From assembly GCA_022828105.1 (NCBI GenBank), contig JAJEJC010000001.1, positions 109,471 through 173,470 on the forward strand: a stretch of 64,000 nt of DNA, given 5' to 3'. The notes beneath the pieces were generated by a model that was not told the origin of the DNA, did no database searches, and worked only from the letters and a program-made list of their open reading frames with translations. Position 1 is the stretch's first letter, and the number at the start of each line of letters is the position of its first letter. Shown here in pieces: positions 55,794-63,669 of this stretch. The stretch comes from Dehalococcoidia bacterium. GTDB lineage: Bacteria; Chloroflexota; Dehalococcoidia; Bin125. The translations under genes were made by a program, and so were the position numbers.

Positions 55794-57194
55794 ATGTCTG
55801 ACGATCAACGAGCGCTGGTCGCTCACCTGATGCGTCGCGCAGGAGCCGGCGCGACACCGGCCGAACTGGACGCGTTGGCGGAACGGCCGTATGACGAGAT
55901 TGTCGAAGACCTGATCAATCCGCCGCCGACTGCGGACGAGGACGACGATCTGATCTTCCGCTACTTCCCCTCGCTGGCCAACTCGGACACGCCCTGGCCG
56001 TGGAGCGCGCGCTGGATCTACTGGATGGTGAACTCGGAGTCGCCGCTGCGCGAGAAGATGGCGTTGTTCTGGCACCACGTGTTCGCGACGGCCTGGTTCA
56101 AATCGGAGCACGGGCCATCAATGCCGGTGCATGTCCAGATGTTCCGCGACCATGGCCTGGACAACATGCGCGTGCTGCTCGGTGAGCTGTCACGCGACCC
56201 GGCGATGATCTTCTGGCTGGACAACGTCGAGTCGGTCAAGGGCGCGCCGAACGAGAACTACGGGCGCGAGCTGTTGGAACTGTTCTCGATGGGCGTGGGC
56301 AACTACACCGAGGACGACATCAAGGCGGCGGCGTACAGCTTTACGGGCTGGACCTTTGAGCAGCCGATTCCGCTCTATCCGCACGGCGGCTACCCGTCGC
56401 ACTTCGTCTATCGCGAGGATCTGCACGACGACTCGGAGAAGACGTTCCTGGGCCAGACCGGCCAGTGGAACGGCGACGACATCATCGACATCATCGTGCA
56501 GCAGCCGGCGACGGGCCGCTTCATCGGCCGGCACCTGTACAACTTCTTCGTCAAAGACGAGCCGGGCGTGTCGGCCTGGTCAGTGACCGAGCCGGGCAAC
56601 CCGGGGGCGGTCGACGAATTGGCGTCGGCGTTTGCAGAGTCGAACGGCGACCTGCGCGCGGTGATGCGGGTGCTGTTCAACGCCGAATGGTTCAAGCAGG
56701 AGCGCTACGAGCGCGTCAAGTGCCCGGCCGAATGGGTGGCGGGCGCGTACAAGCTGTCGGGCAAGCTGGGCATGCCGCAGCCGGAGATGTGGAATCTGCA
56801 CCTGACGATGGGCGCGATGGGTCAGACGCTGATGGACCCGCCCTCAGTCGAGGGCTGGCACACCGGCAAGGAATGGATCGACGGCGGCACGCTGATGGAG
56901 CGGATCAACTTCGCCTCCAAACTGGTCTCCGATCCGTCGACGCCGGTGGTGCAGGAGCTGGTCAGCCGGCTGCAGGAGCGGGGCGCGAGCAGTCCCGACG
57001 AGCTGGTGGACGCGGCGCTCGATATCGCCGGACCGCTGGCCGTATCGGACAACACGCGCGCGGCGCTGCTCGAAGCGGCGTCGGCGGGCGGCGACCTGTC
57101 CTACGGCAGCGACGAGGATCGCGACGCAGTCGGCGAGCGCGCGGCCCAGGCGCTGCGCCTGGTGATTGCATCGCCCGAGTACCAGTTCGCGTAA
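55794..57194 (+). CDS. DUF1800 family protein
   Basis: The DUF1800 N-terminal signature (LVAHLMRRAGAGATPAEL) runs throughout. Start ATG 55794 with SD GGAAGG. No signal peptide. Confidence 0.85.
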   Translation: MSDDQRALVAHLMRRAGAGATPAELDALAERPYDEIVEDLINPPPTADEDDDLIFRYFPSLANSDTPWPWSARWIYWMVNSESPLREKMALFWHHVFATAWFKSEHGPSMPVHVQMFRDHGLDNMRVLLGELSRDPAMIFWLDNVESVKGAPNENYGRELLELFSMGVGNYTEDDIKAAAYSFTGWTFEQPIPLYPHGGYPSHFVYREDLHDDSEKTFLGQTGQWNGDDIIDIIVQQPATGRFIGRHLYNFFVKDEPGVSAWSVTEPGNPGAVDELASAFAESNGDLRAVMRVLFNAEWFKQERYERVKCPAEWVAGAYKLSGKLGMPQPEMWNLHLTMGAMGQTLMDPPSVEGWHTGKEWIDGGTLMERINFASKLVSDPSTPVVQELVSRLQERGASSPDELVDAALDIAGPLAVSDNTRAALLEAASAGGDLSYGSDEDRDAVGERAAQALRLVIASPEYQFA

Positions 57195-57248
57195 ACCGGA
57201 CATTCAGACGAACACGCCTACGAACACGCAACGGAACGGAACACGTCA

Positions 57249-58403
57249 ATGAGCGGCAACGGACACAAGGATCCCGTCCTGGTCATCGTCCAGCTTTCGG
57301 GCGGGAACGACTTCATGAACACGTTGGTGCCGTACACCAACGGTCACTACTACGACTCGCGGCCGCTGGTCGGCGTGCCCGAGGACGAGGTGATGCCGAT
57401 CAACGAGACGCTAGGGTTCAACCCGGCGGCGGAGCGGCTGAAGGGCATGTACGACGCCGGCGATGTGGCGGTGATCCAGGGGATCGGATATCCGAACTCG
57501 TCGCGGTCGCACTTCCGCGGCATGGACATCATGCACACCTGCGAGCCGGACCGGATCTCGACCGAGGGCTGGGTGGCCAAGCTGATCCAGCGGCTCGACC
57601 CGGAGTCGGCCAATCCGCTGACGGGCGTGAACATCGGACGCGGTCTGCCGCGGGCGATGGCGGCGCCGGGCGTGACGGCGACGTCGGTGGGCGACCTGGA
57701 CAACTACGGTCTGATGCCGGACATCCAGGCGGAAGAGGATCGCAACCGCGACCTGGAGATCTTCAAGCGGATGTACACGCCGGCGATCGGCGCGGGGATG
57801 GTGATGGACTACCTGCGCCAGACCGGGACCGACTCGCTGGCCGGCGCGGACCTGCTGGCCCCGGTGCCGGGGATGTACGAGTCCTCGGTCGAGTACGGCG
57901 CGAATCCGATTGCCAAGGCGCTGCGCGACGTAGCACGGATTCACACGGCCGGTCTGGGCACGCGCGTGTTCTACACGAATCACATCGGTTACGACACGCA
58001 CTCGCACCAGCCGCCGGTGCATCCAGGGCTGCTGCGCGACGTCTCGGGGGCGCTGGACGACTTTATGACCGACCTGCGCGAACACGACGCGGCGGAGGAA
58101 GTCTCGATTCTCGTCTTTACCGAGTTCGGGCGGCGGATGAAGGACAACGGCTCGGGGACCGACCACGGCTCCGGGGGCGGCGCGTTCATCATCGGCGAGC
58201 ACGTCAAGGGCGGCCTCTACGCCGAGTACCCGTCGATTGATCCGAAGGACTGGCTGAACGGCGAAGACCTCTACCACACGATCGACTTCCGCGGCATCTA
58301 CGGCACCATGCTGGAGCAGTGGATGGGCATCGAGCCCGAGGAGATTGTGGTCGGAGATTTCGAGCAGGTCCAGCCGTTCGAGCGGACGATGCTGGCGAAC
58401 TAG
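57249..58403 (+). CDS. DUF1501 family protein (sulfatase/alkaline-phosphatase-like)
   Basis: PVLVIVQLSGGNDFMNTLVPY is the signature DUF1501 start, followed by HFRGMD and GTDHGSGG. An in-frame TAA immediately upstream rules out an N-terminal signal peptide. Confidence 0.85.
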   Translation: MSGNGHKDPVLVIVQLSGGNDFMNTLVPYTNGHYYDSRPLVGVPEDEVMPINETLGFNPAAERLKGMYDAGDVAVIQGIGYPNSSRSHFRGMDIMHTCEPDRISTEGWVAKLIQRLDPESANPLTGVNIGRGLPRAMAAPGVTATSVGDLDNYGLMPDIQAEEDRNRDLEIFKRMYTPAIGAGMVMDYLRQTGTDSLAGADLLAPVPGMYESSVEYGANPIAKALRDVARIHTAGLGTRVFYTNHIGYDTHSHQPPVHPGLLRDVSGALDDFMTDLREHDAAEEVSILVFTEFGRRMKDNGSGTDHGSGGGAFIIGEHVKGGLYAEYPSIDPKDWLNGEDLYHTIDFRGIYGTMLEQWMGIEPEEIVVGDFEQVQPFERTMLAN

Positions 58404-58470
58404 GGGACCCTCACCCTAGCCCTCTCACAGAGGGAGAGGGGATCGGAGCCGCCCATTGCAGGGGCGACAG
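58404..58470 (+). repeat. short GC-rich hairpin element (CCTCTC-ACAGAGG-GAGAGG), weak variant
   Basis: Located between the DUF1501 stop and the NHL start. Confidence 0.4.
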
Positions 58471-58484
58471 ATGGAGGAGTGAAC

Positions 58485-59507
58485 ATGGCGTTTCCACATG
58501 CGTTGCTGCGGGCTGGATATCCGTACGAGCGGGTGCTCGGGATGCGACGAGTAACGACGTTTCCGGTCGACATTGCGATCGGCGACGACCGCATCTATGT
58601 GATCGGCCGGACCGAACTCGGCGTGGGCGGCAATATCCGCATGGTCTCATTGAAGACCGACGACGAGCTCGGCGACGACCTGACGCACGGCGACATGGGC
58701 ACGATGGCGGATACCGGTCACCTCTGGCCGGTCCAGCTCGTGCGCACCGACGACGGCAACCTGCACCTGTTGGACGAGGGTCTGCACAACGTCACGACGT
58801 ACTCGCCCGACGGCGAGAAGCTGGGTCAGTGGGGCGAAGAGGGATCGGGTCCGGGACAGCTCAACCGTCCGTCAGGGCTGGCGTTCGACGCCGAGGGCAA
58901 TGCCTGGGTCGTCGACACGCAGAATCACCGGGTGCAGCAGTTCTCGTCCGAGGGCGAGTACATCGGCGGTTTCGGCGGGCCCGGCGACGGACCGGGTCAG
59001 TTCAACATGCCCTGGGGCATCGCGATTGACGCCGAGGGCGACCTGTACGTCTCGGACTGGCGCAACGACCGCGTTCAGAAGCTGACCACGTCGGGCGAGC
59101 ACATCATGGACTTCGGCACGCGGCCGGGCTACGAGGTGCGCCATCCGAGCGGTCTGGCAGTGGACGAGCACGGCGACCTGTACGTCTGCGAGCGGGACCA
59201 GAACCGGGTCGTGATGTACGACCATCGGGGCCGCTACGTCGAGTCTTTTCTGGGCGCGGCTACGCTGTCGAAGATGGGCCGCGAGTACATCCGCGCGAAT
59301 CAGAAGACGCTGCGTCTGCGCGAGATGACATCGCTGGAGCCGCAGCGGGTGCTGCGCTTCCCGCAGAGCGTGCGCTACCAGGACGGCCGGCTGTACATCT
59401 GCGATTTCGGCAGCCACCGCATCCAGATCTACAAGAAGGACGCGGAGCCGCTGAGCGAGGCGCAGATCATGCCGGAGCTGCGGGCGCCGACGCTGTCGAC
59501 GACGTAG
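58485..59507 (+). CDS. NHL-repeat beta-propeller protein
   Basis: Six NHL-like repeats (LNRPSGLAFDAEGNAWVVDTQNHRVQQF; FNMPWGIAIDAEGDLYVSDWRNDRVQKL; VRHPSGLAVDEHGDLYVCERDQNRVVMY ...). Start ATG 58485 with SD GGAGGAG. No signal peptide. Confidence 0.8.
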   Translation: MAFPHALLRAGYPYERVLGMRRVTTFPVDIAIGDDRIYVIGRTELGVGGNIRMVSLKTDDELGDDLTHGDMGTMADTGHLWPVQLVRTDDGNLHLLDEGLHNVTTYSPDGEKLGQWGEEGSGPGQLNRPSGLAFDAEGNAWVVDTQNHRVQQFSSEGEYIGGFGGPGDGPGQFNMPWGIAIDAEGDLYVSDWRNDRVQKLTTSGEHIMDFGTRPGYEVRHPSGLAVDEHGDLYVCERDQNRVVMYDHRGRYVESFLGAATLSKMGREYIRANQKTLRLREMTSLEPQRVLRFPQSVRYQDGRLYICDFGSHRIQIYKKDAEPLSEAQIMPELRAPTLSTT

Positions 59508-59522
59508 TGAGCCGATTCCCTT

Positions 59523-59572
59523 TCCCCCCGCTTGGCGGGGGGAGATGTCACGGAGTGACAGAGGGGGGCTCC
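59523..59572 (-). repeat. REP/MITE-like element in inverted orientation (CCCCCCGCTTGGCGGGGGGAGATGTCACGGAGTGACAGAGGGGGGCTCC)
   Basis: This is the reverse complement of the canonical architecture, ending 2 nt before the MNT start codon. Confidence 0.85.
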
Positions 59573-59574
59573 GC

Positions 59575-59913
59575 ATGCCCATGGTGTTCGGCTTCGCCAC
59601 ACATCGTCAGCAGCAGCTTGAGGCGGAGTTTCTCAGGATCGCGGGTTCAATGCGTCAGTTGGGCGCGGAACGGTTCTGGTTGGCCGGCGACCTGGCAATG
59701 GATCGCGTGAGGCCGGACTCGGAGCTGGAGTTGCTGGTCGTGCATGAGACCGAGCAGCCGTTTCAGCGGCGTTCCGATTTCTTTCAGACGCACCTGCGTC
59801 CGCAGGTCGGGACGAGGTTCATTGTCTATACACCGGACGAGTTCCTGGAGTTGTGCGAGCAGGACCCGTTGATCGTTGCGATCACGTCGCAGAGCGACGA
59901 GGTGATCGTTTGA
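59575..59913 (+). CDS. minimal nucleotidyltransferase (MNT) domain protein, HEPN/MNT antitoxin-type
   Basis: WLAGDLAMDRVRPDSELELLVV aligns with the GSxxxGxxxxxSDxDLLV motif, with both Asp replaced by Glu. The C-terminal half is typical of MNT. Confidence 0.65.
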   Translation: MPMVFGFATHRQQQLEAEFLRIAGSMRQLGAERFWLAGDLAMDRVRPDSELELLVVHETEQPFQRRSDFFQTHLRPQVGTRFIVYTPDEFLELCEQDPLIVAITSQSDEVIV

Positions 59914-60326
59914 GCGGCGGCGAGCAACAACGGTCGCAGTCGGACCGCTGGTTGCAGCAGTCGCAGCATGATCTCGATGCGGCTCGCCATGCGGCGGCGG
60001 GCGAGTTTCACGCGCTGGCCTGTTTCCTCTGTCAGCAGTCGGCCGAGAAGGCGGTGGCGGGTTACCTGTTCGCGCGCGGGGCGGATCACGTCTGGGGTCA
60101 CGCGCTGGCCGACCTGTGCGAGGACGCGATGCAACTGGACACGTCGTTCGACGTGATCAAGTCGGTGGCGATGCTGTTGGACAAGCATTACCAGCCGACT
60201 CGATATCCAAGCGGCCTGCCTGGCGGCGTGCCGCATCTTGCGTATGATCAGGTTGACTCCGGCCGGGCGATTGATATCGCCGTGGATGTGCTGGAGTTTG
60301 TCAAGACGCGACTGCGCTCCCTGTAA
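59910..60326 (+). CDS. HEPN domain protein (PF05168-like)
   Basis: The HEPN helical pattern includes a conserved ...YQPTRYP segment. It overlaps the MNT stop (TTG at 59910), and an alternative in-frame ATG lies at 59853. Confidence 0.6.
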   Translation: MSGGEQQRSQSDRWLQQSQHDLDAARHAAAGEFHALACFLCQQSAEKAVAGYLFARGADHVWGHALADLCEDAMQLDTSFDVIKSVAMLLDKHYQPTRYPSGLPGGVPHLAYDQVDSGRAIDIAVDVLEFVKTRLRSL

Positions 60327-60351
60327 TGTTGGCGAGGCGGCCGAGCGAGCG

Positions 60352-60645
60352 ATGATCCAGTTTCGACATGTGCGTTTGAACGAGTATCACTGCGCGATGC
60401 TTGAGGACCTGTTGGAATTCCAGGATGCGCCGGAGCGGAAGGTAGTGTTCGTCGAAGAGCGTGTGTCGACACGAGGCTTGATCTTTCAGCCGGCCCTGCG
60501 GCGGCGCGGGTATCACCCCGGCGTACTGGCCAAGTTGGCCGAGCATGGCCTGGTCGATCTGACTCATGTGGGCGAAGATCGGTATCGAGTGTACGTGACT
60601 CCGGTGGGTCGCGACTGTTACGACGACATGTGCGGCCTGACGTGA
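60352..60645 (+). CDS. hypothetical small protein (97 aa)
   Basis: ATG 60352 (MIQFRHVRLNEYHCAMLEDLL...). It overlaps the downstream MutY-like start by 16 nt. Confidence 0.4.
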   Translation: MIQFRHVRLNEYHCAMLEDLLEFQDAPERKVVFVEERVSTRGLIFQPALRRRGYHPGVLAKLAEHGLVDLTHVGEDRYRVYVTPVGRDCYDDMCGLT

Positions 60646-61586
60646 GCGCAGAGTCACGACGGGAGATTGAGCCGGAGCTTCCACGACCGTTGCCGCCGCA
60701 GCGTCTGGGCGCCATCCGGAGACGGCTGTTGCGCTGGTATGACGAGCACGAGCAACCGTTTCCCTGGCGCACGGCGGCCGATCCGTACGCCGCGTTGGTC
60801 GCGGCCGTGTGCGCTCAGCAGACACAGATGTCGCGTGTGTTGCAAATTTACGATCGCTGGATGACCGCGTTTCCCACGATCCACGCCCTGGCTGCGGCGT
60901 CGGACGCCGACGCCTTGCGGGTTTGGGATCGGGCGGGCTATCCAAAGCGTGCGTTGTACCTGCATCAGACGGCGACGATCGTTTGTGAACACTACGGCGG
61001 CTTGCTGCCTCGAACGAGAGACGAGTTGTTAGCGCTGCCCGGAGTCGGCCCGTTTTCCGCGGCGATTGTGCTGAGTTTCGGCTTTGGGATTGACGCCGCA
61101 GCAATCGATACAAACATCGTGAGAGTGTTGGGACGTGTGCTGTTCGGCGACCTGCAACCAGTCCGCGAGACGCCGGCGGCGCAGATACGCTGGGCGGCCG
61201 AGCGATTGCTACCAGATAACCAGGCGGAACGCTGGAATCCGGCGCTGATGGACTTCGGCGCGGCGGTCTGTGCGGCGAAGCCGAGGTGCGCACAGTGCCC
61301 GCTGTCTACGCTTTGCGCGGCCTATCCGAGATTTGCCGGCGGCGAAGAGGCGCAGGCGGCTCGAATGCAGCCTCCGTTTCGAGGGTCGCATCGGGAACTT
61401 CGCGGACTGATCGTCTCACAGTTGCGCACAAGCGAGGAACCGCTGCAGCGCACAGTTGTGATCGCGCGCGTTGCACGATTGGCGCGCGCCAAGCAGTCGC
61501 GAGTGACACTGGCGTTGGACTCAGTGATCGCCGACGGGCTGGTTCATGATTGTGGCGACATACTCTATCTCGGTTCCGGCGACTAG
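60630..61586 (+). CDS. HhH-GPD base-excision glycosylase, MutY/Nth family with [4Fe-4S] motif; no NUDIX-like C-terminal domain
   Basis: VCAQQTQMSRV...LPGVGPFSAAIV (HhH-GPD) and CAAKPRCAQCPLSTLC (Cx6Cx2Cx5C). The C-terminal 90 aa are unrelated to the MutY 8-oxoG domain. GTG start, uncertain. Confidence 0.78.
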   Translation: MRPDVSAESRREIEPELPRPLPPQRLGAIRRRLLRWYDEHEQPFPWRTAADPYAALVAAVCAQQTQMSRVLQIYDRWMTAFPTIHALAAASDADALRVWDRAGYPKRALYLHQTATIVCEHYGGLLPRTRDELLALPGVGPFSAAIVLSFGFGIDAAAIDTNIVRVLGRVLFGDLQPVRETPAAQIRWAAERLLPDNQAERWNPALMDFGAAVCAAKPRCAQCPLSTLCAAYPRFAGGEEAQAARMQPPFRGSHRELRGLIVSQLRTSEEPLQRTVVIARVARLARAKQSRVTLALDSVIADGLVHDCGDILYLGSGD

Positions 61587-61617
61587 TTGACTCCCAGGCC
61601 ATGGCGATGCATATAAT
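61587..61617 (+). promoter_or_regulatory. near-consensus sigma-70-type promoter (TTGACT ... TATAAT)
   Basis: TTGACTcccaggccatggcgatgcaTATAAT, with an 18-19 nt spacer. It is conspicuous in a roughly 68% GC genome and lies about 85 nt upstream of ATG 61702, whose SD is GAGAGGA. Confidence 0.35.
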
Positions 61618-61701
61618 CAAATTGGCACTGGTGCCGAAGCGACGTTACCAGGCAGTGACACGCGGATCGCACCGCTCAGGCATGAGAGGACAGCAACGAC
61701 A

Positions 61702-62244
61702 ATGGCGAACGAGTTTGCATCACAACTGCAATCCGAGCTGAAGGGGATTGACTCGGAAATCTCACGACTTGAAAACAAGCGCCGATTGATCCAAGAGCTG
61801 CTCGACAACGAGTCCGGGGGTGGGTCGTCGAGCGGCGCAGGCCGTGCGCCGGCCAAGCGCCGCGCTTCGCGTCGAGCCGGCGGAGGCGGCCCGGCCAAGC
61901 GTCAGCGACGGCCGCGCGGCCTGATCACCGGCAAGGTGCGAGAGTTCCTCGGGCAGCAGTCGCAGCCGGTGCACGCCACCGAGATCCTGGCCTTCCTGGA
62001 GAAGAACGATGCCGCGCCGCAATCGGCGAAGCCAATGCCGACACTGCAGTCGACCTTGCAGCGGATGAAGGAAATGGGCGAGATTGAGAACCGCGGCCGC
62101 AACCGCTGGTCGCTGGTCACCTCGGGCAACGGATTGCAGCCCGCGGCCGCGCCGACACCCACGCCTGCGCCAGTGCGCGCGGACGGTCCGCCGGTGGTGC
62201 GGTCGACGACCACCTTCGGCAGCAGACCGACGGCCTCGCAGTAA
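61702..62244 (+). CDS. hypothetical DNA-binding-like protein (N-terminal coiled coil, Lys/Arg-rich linker, predicted C-terminal winged helix)
   Basis: LQSELKGIDSEISRLENKRRLIQELL; RAPAKRRASRRAGGGGPAKRQRRPRG; VHATEILAFLEKN...TLQSTLQRMKEMGEIENRGRNRWSLV. Confidence 0.5.
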   Translation: MANEFASQLQSELKGIDSEISRLENKRRLIQELLDNESGGGSSSGAGRAPAKRRASRRAGGGGPAKRQRRPRGLITGKVREFLGQQSQPVHATEILAFLEKNDAAPQSAKPMPTLQSTLQRMKEMGEIENRGRNRWSLVTSGNGLQPAAAPTPTPAPVRADGPPVVRSTTTFGSRPTASQ

Positions 62245-62380
62245 CGCATTAGCTCGGTTGCGCCGGGCAGCCCGGCGCGCCGAGCCGGTACCATGGCGAC
62301 GCTAGCCAGGATTGCGCCCGGCTTTGACCGCCACATTGGCGCGTGCTCGGCGTCGATACGCAAGCGGAAGAGGGAACACC

Positions 62381-62701
62381 ATGCTGTTTGAGCTACGTCA
62401 GTACACGATCAACGAGGGACGCAGAGAAGAGTTCGTCAGCCTGATGGAGGAGAAGATCATTCCCTTCCAGACGGCGCGAGGAATGACCATTCTCGGATCG
62501 TTTGTGTCCGAAGAGGACGACCGCACGTACGTCTGGATCCGACGGTTCCACTCGGAGGAGGAGCGCGAGCGACTCTACGATGCGGTCTACAACTCGGACT
62601 ACTGGAAGACCGAGATCGCACCCAGCGTGGGGGAGATGATGAGTCGCGAGTCGATTTCGGTGAAGCGGCTTGAGGCGACGCCGCGATCGCCGATCCAGTA
62701 G
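62381..62701 (+). CDS. NIPSNAP family protein
   Basis: MLFELRQYTINEGRREEF...GSFVSEEDDRTYVWIRRFHSEEERERLYDAVYNSDYWK. ATG 62381 with SD GGAAGAGGGA. Confidence 0.75.
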   Translation: MLFELRQYTINEGRREEFVSLMEEKIIPFQTARGMTILGSFVSEEDDRTYVWIRRFHSEEERERLYDAVYNSDYWKTEIAPSVGEMMSRESISVKRLEATPRSPIQ

Positions 62702-62762
62702 ACCAGCAGACTGGCAGATTGACTGATCCGCGCGGCGATGACCGGCTGGCCGGCCTGAACCT

Positions 62763-63605
62763 GTGACCACCACCACTTCCGGCGATCCGCTGTTCACGTT
62801 CGAGGGCGAATGTTTCGTGCCTACTAATCGTTCGCGCGGTCCGTGGTCGCCGGACGCGCTGCATGGCAGTCCGGTGGCGGCGCTGATTACCTACTGCGTG
62901 GAGCGGCGCCTGGGCGAACTCGTTGGCGAGCGCAACGGCAAGGGCGGAGGCGAGGGAGAACAGACGGGCTCTCTGCGGGTGGCGCGACAGACGATCGAAC
63001 TGTTCCGTCCTGTGCCGTTCGCGCGACTGGACGTTGCAATCGAGCCGGTGCGAATCGGCCGACGGATCGCGGTGTTCCAGACGCTCATTCACGCGGAAGG
63101 CAAGCTGCTGACGCAGGCGTCGACGCTGTGCCTGCGTGCCGGGAGTCAGCTCGGTTCGGTCGGCGCGGAGTTCGCGTCGGAGCCACCGGGCGCGCCGGAG
63201 GAGGCGACGCCGAGCCTGGTGGAGCGAGCGGGCAACCGCTGGACTTCGTATCCGGGCACGCTGGAGATGCGCCACGCGGTCCCACCGGGCGGATCGGAGC
63301 CGCCCGTGGTCTGGATCCGCGCCGACGCGCCGGTGTTGGCCGATGCCCCGTTCACGTCGACGGTGCGAGCCGCGAGCATCGCCGACTTCGTCTCGCCGTT
63401 CGCCAACATGCAACCGGGACGAAGCGGCTATGTCAATGCCGACATCACGCTGCACTTGAACCGCGTGCCGGAGGGCGAGTGGCACTATGTGCGGATTGTG
63501 TCGAGAGGCGCGAGTGACGGGATTGCGACGGCACAGGCGGTGCTAGGCGACCGGAGGGGCGCATACGGCGCGAGCTCGGCAGCGAGCCTGATCAACCTCT
63601 CTTGA
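62763..63605 (+). CDS. thioesterase-like superfamily protein (acyl-CoA thioesterase II-like)
   Basis: Double hot-dog-like pattern (WSPDALHGSPVAALI...; HLNRVPEGEWHYVRIVSRGASDGIATAQAVLGDRRG). Confidence 0.65.
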   Translation: MTTTTSGDPLFTFEGECFVPTNRSRGPWSPDALHGSPVAALITYCVERRLGELVGERNGKGGGEGEQTGSLRVARQTIELFRPVPFARLDVAIEPVRIGRRIAVFQTLIHAEGKLLTQASTLCLRAGSQLGSVGAEFASEPPGAPEEATPSLVERAGNRWTSYPGTLEMRHAVPPGGSEPPVVWIRADAPVLADAPFTSTVRAASIADFVSPFANMQPGRSGYVNADITLHLNRVPEGEWHYVRIVSRGASDGIATAQAVLGDRRGAYGASSAASLINLS

Positions 63606-63669
63606 TCGGCGACGTACCTGCACACCTGCCTGGATAGCGGCAAGTTTGCAGGATCGGTAGTCTCTAGGC

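Noticed and set aside
57195-57248. Direct repeats ACGAACACGC x2 and AACGG x2 between DUF1800 and DUF1501
   Set aside because: Too short to call a regulatory element. They are noted within the DUF1800/DUF1501 finding only.
34158-59572. Possible CRISPR array
   Set aside because: The repeats are not regularly spaced, are separated by whole genes, occur in both orientations and have no cas genes nearby, so they are REP/MITE-like rather than CRISPR.
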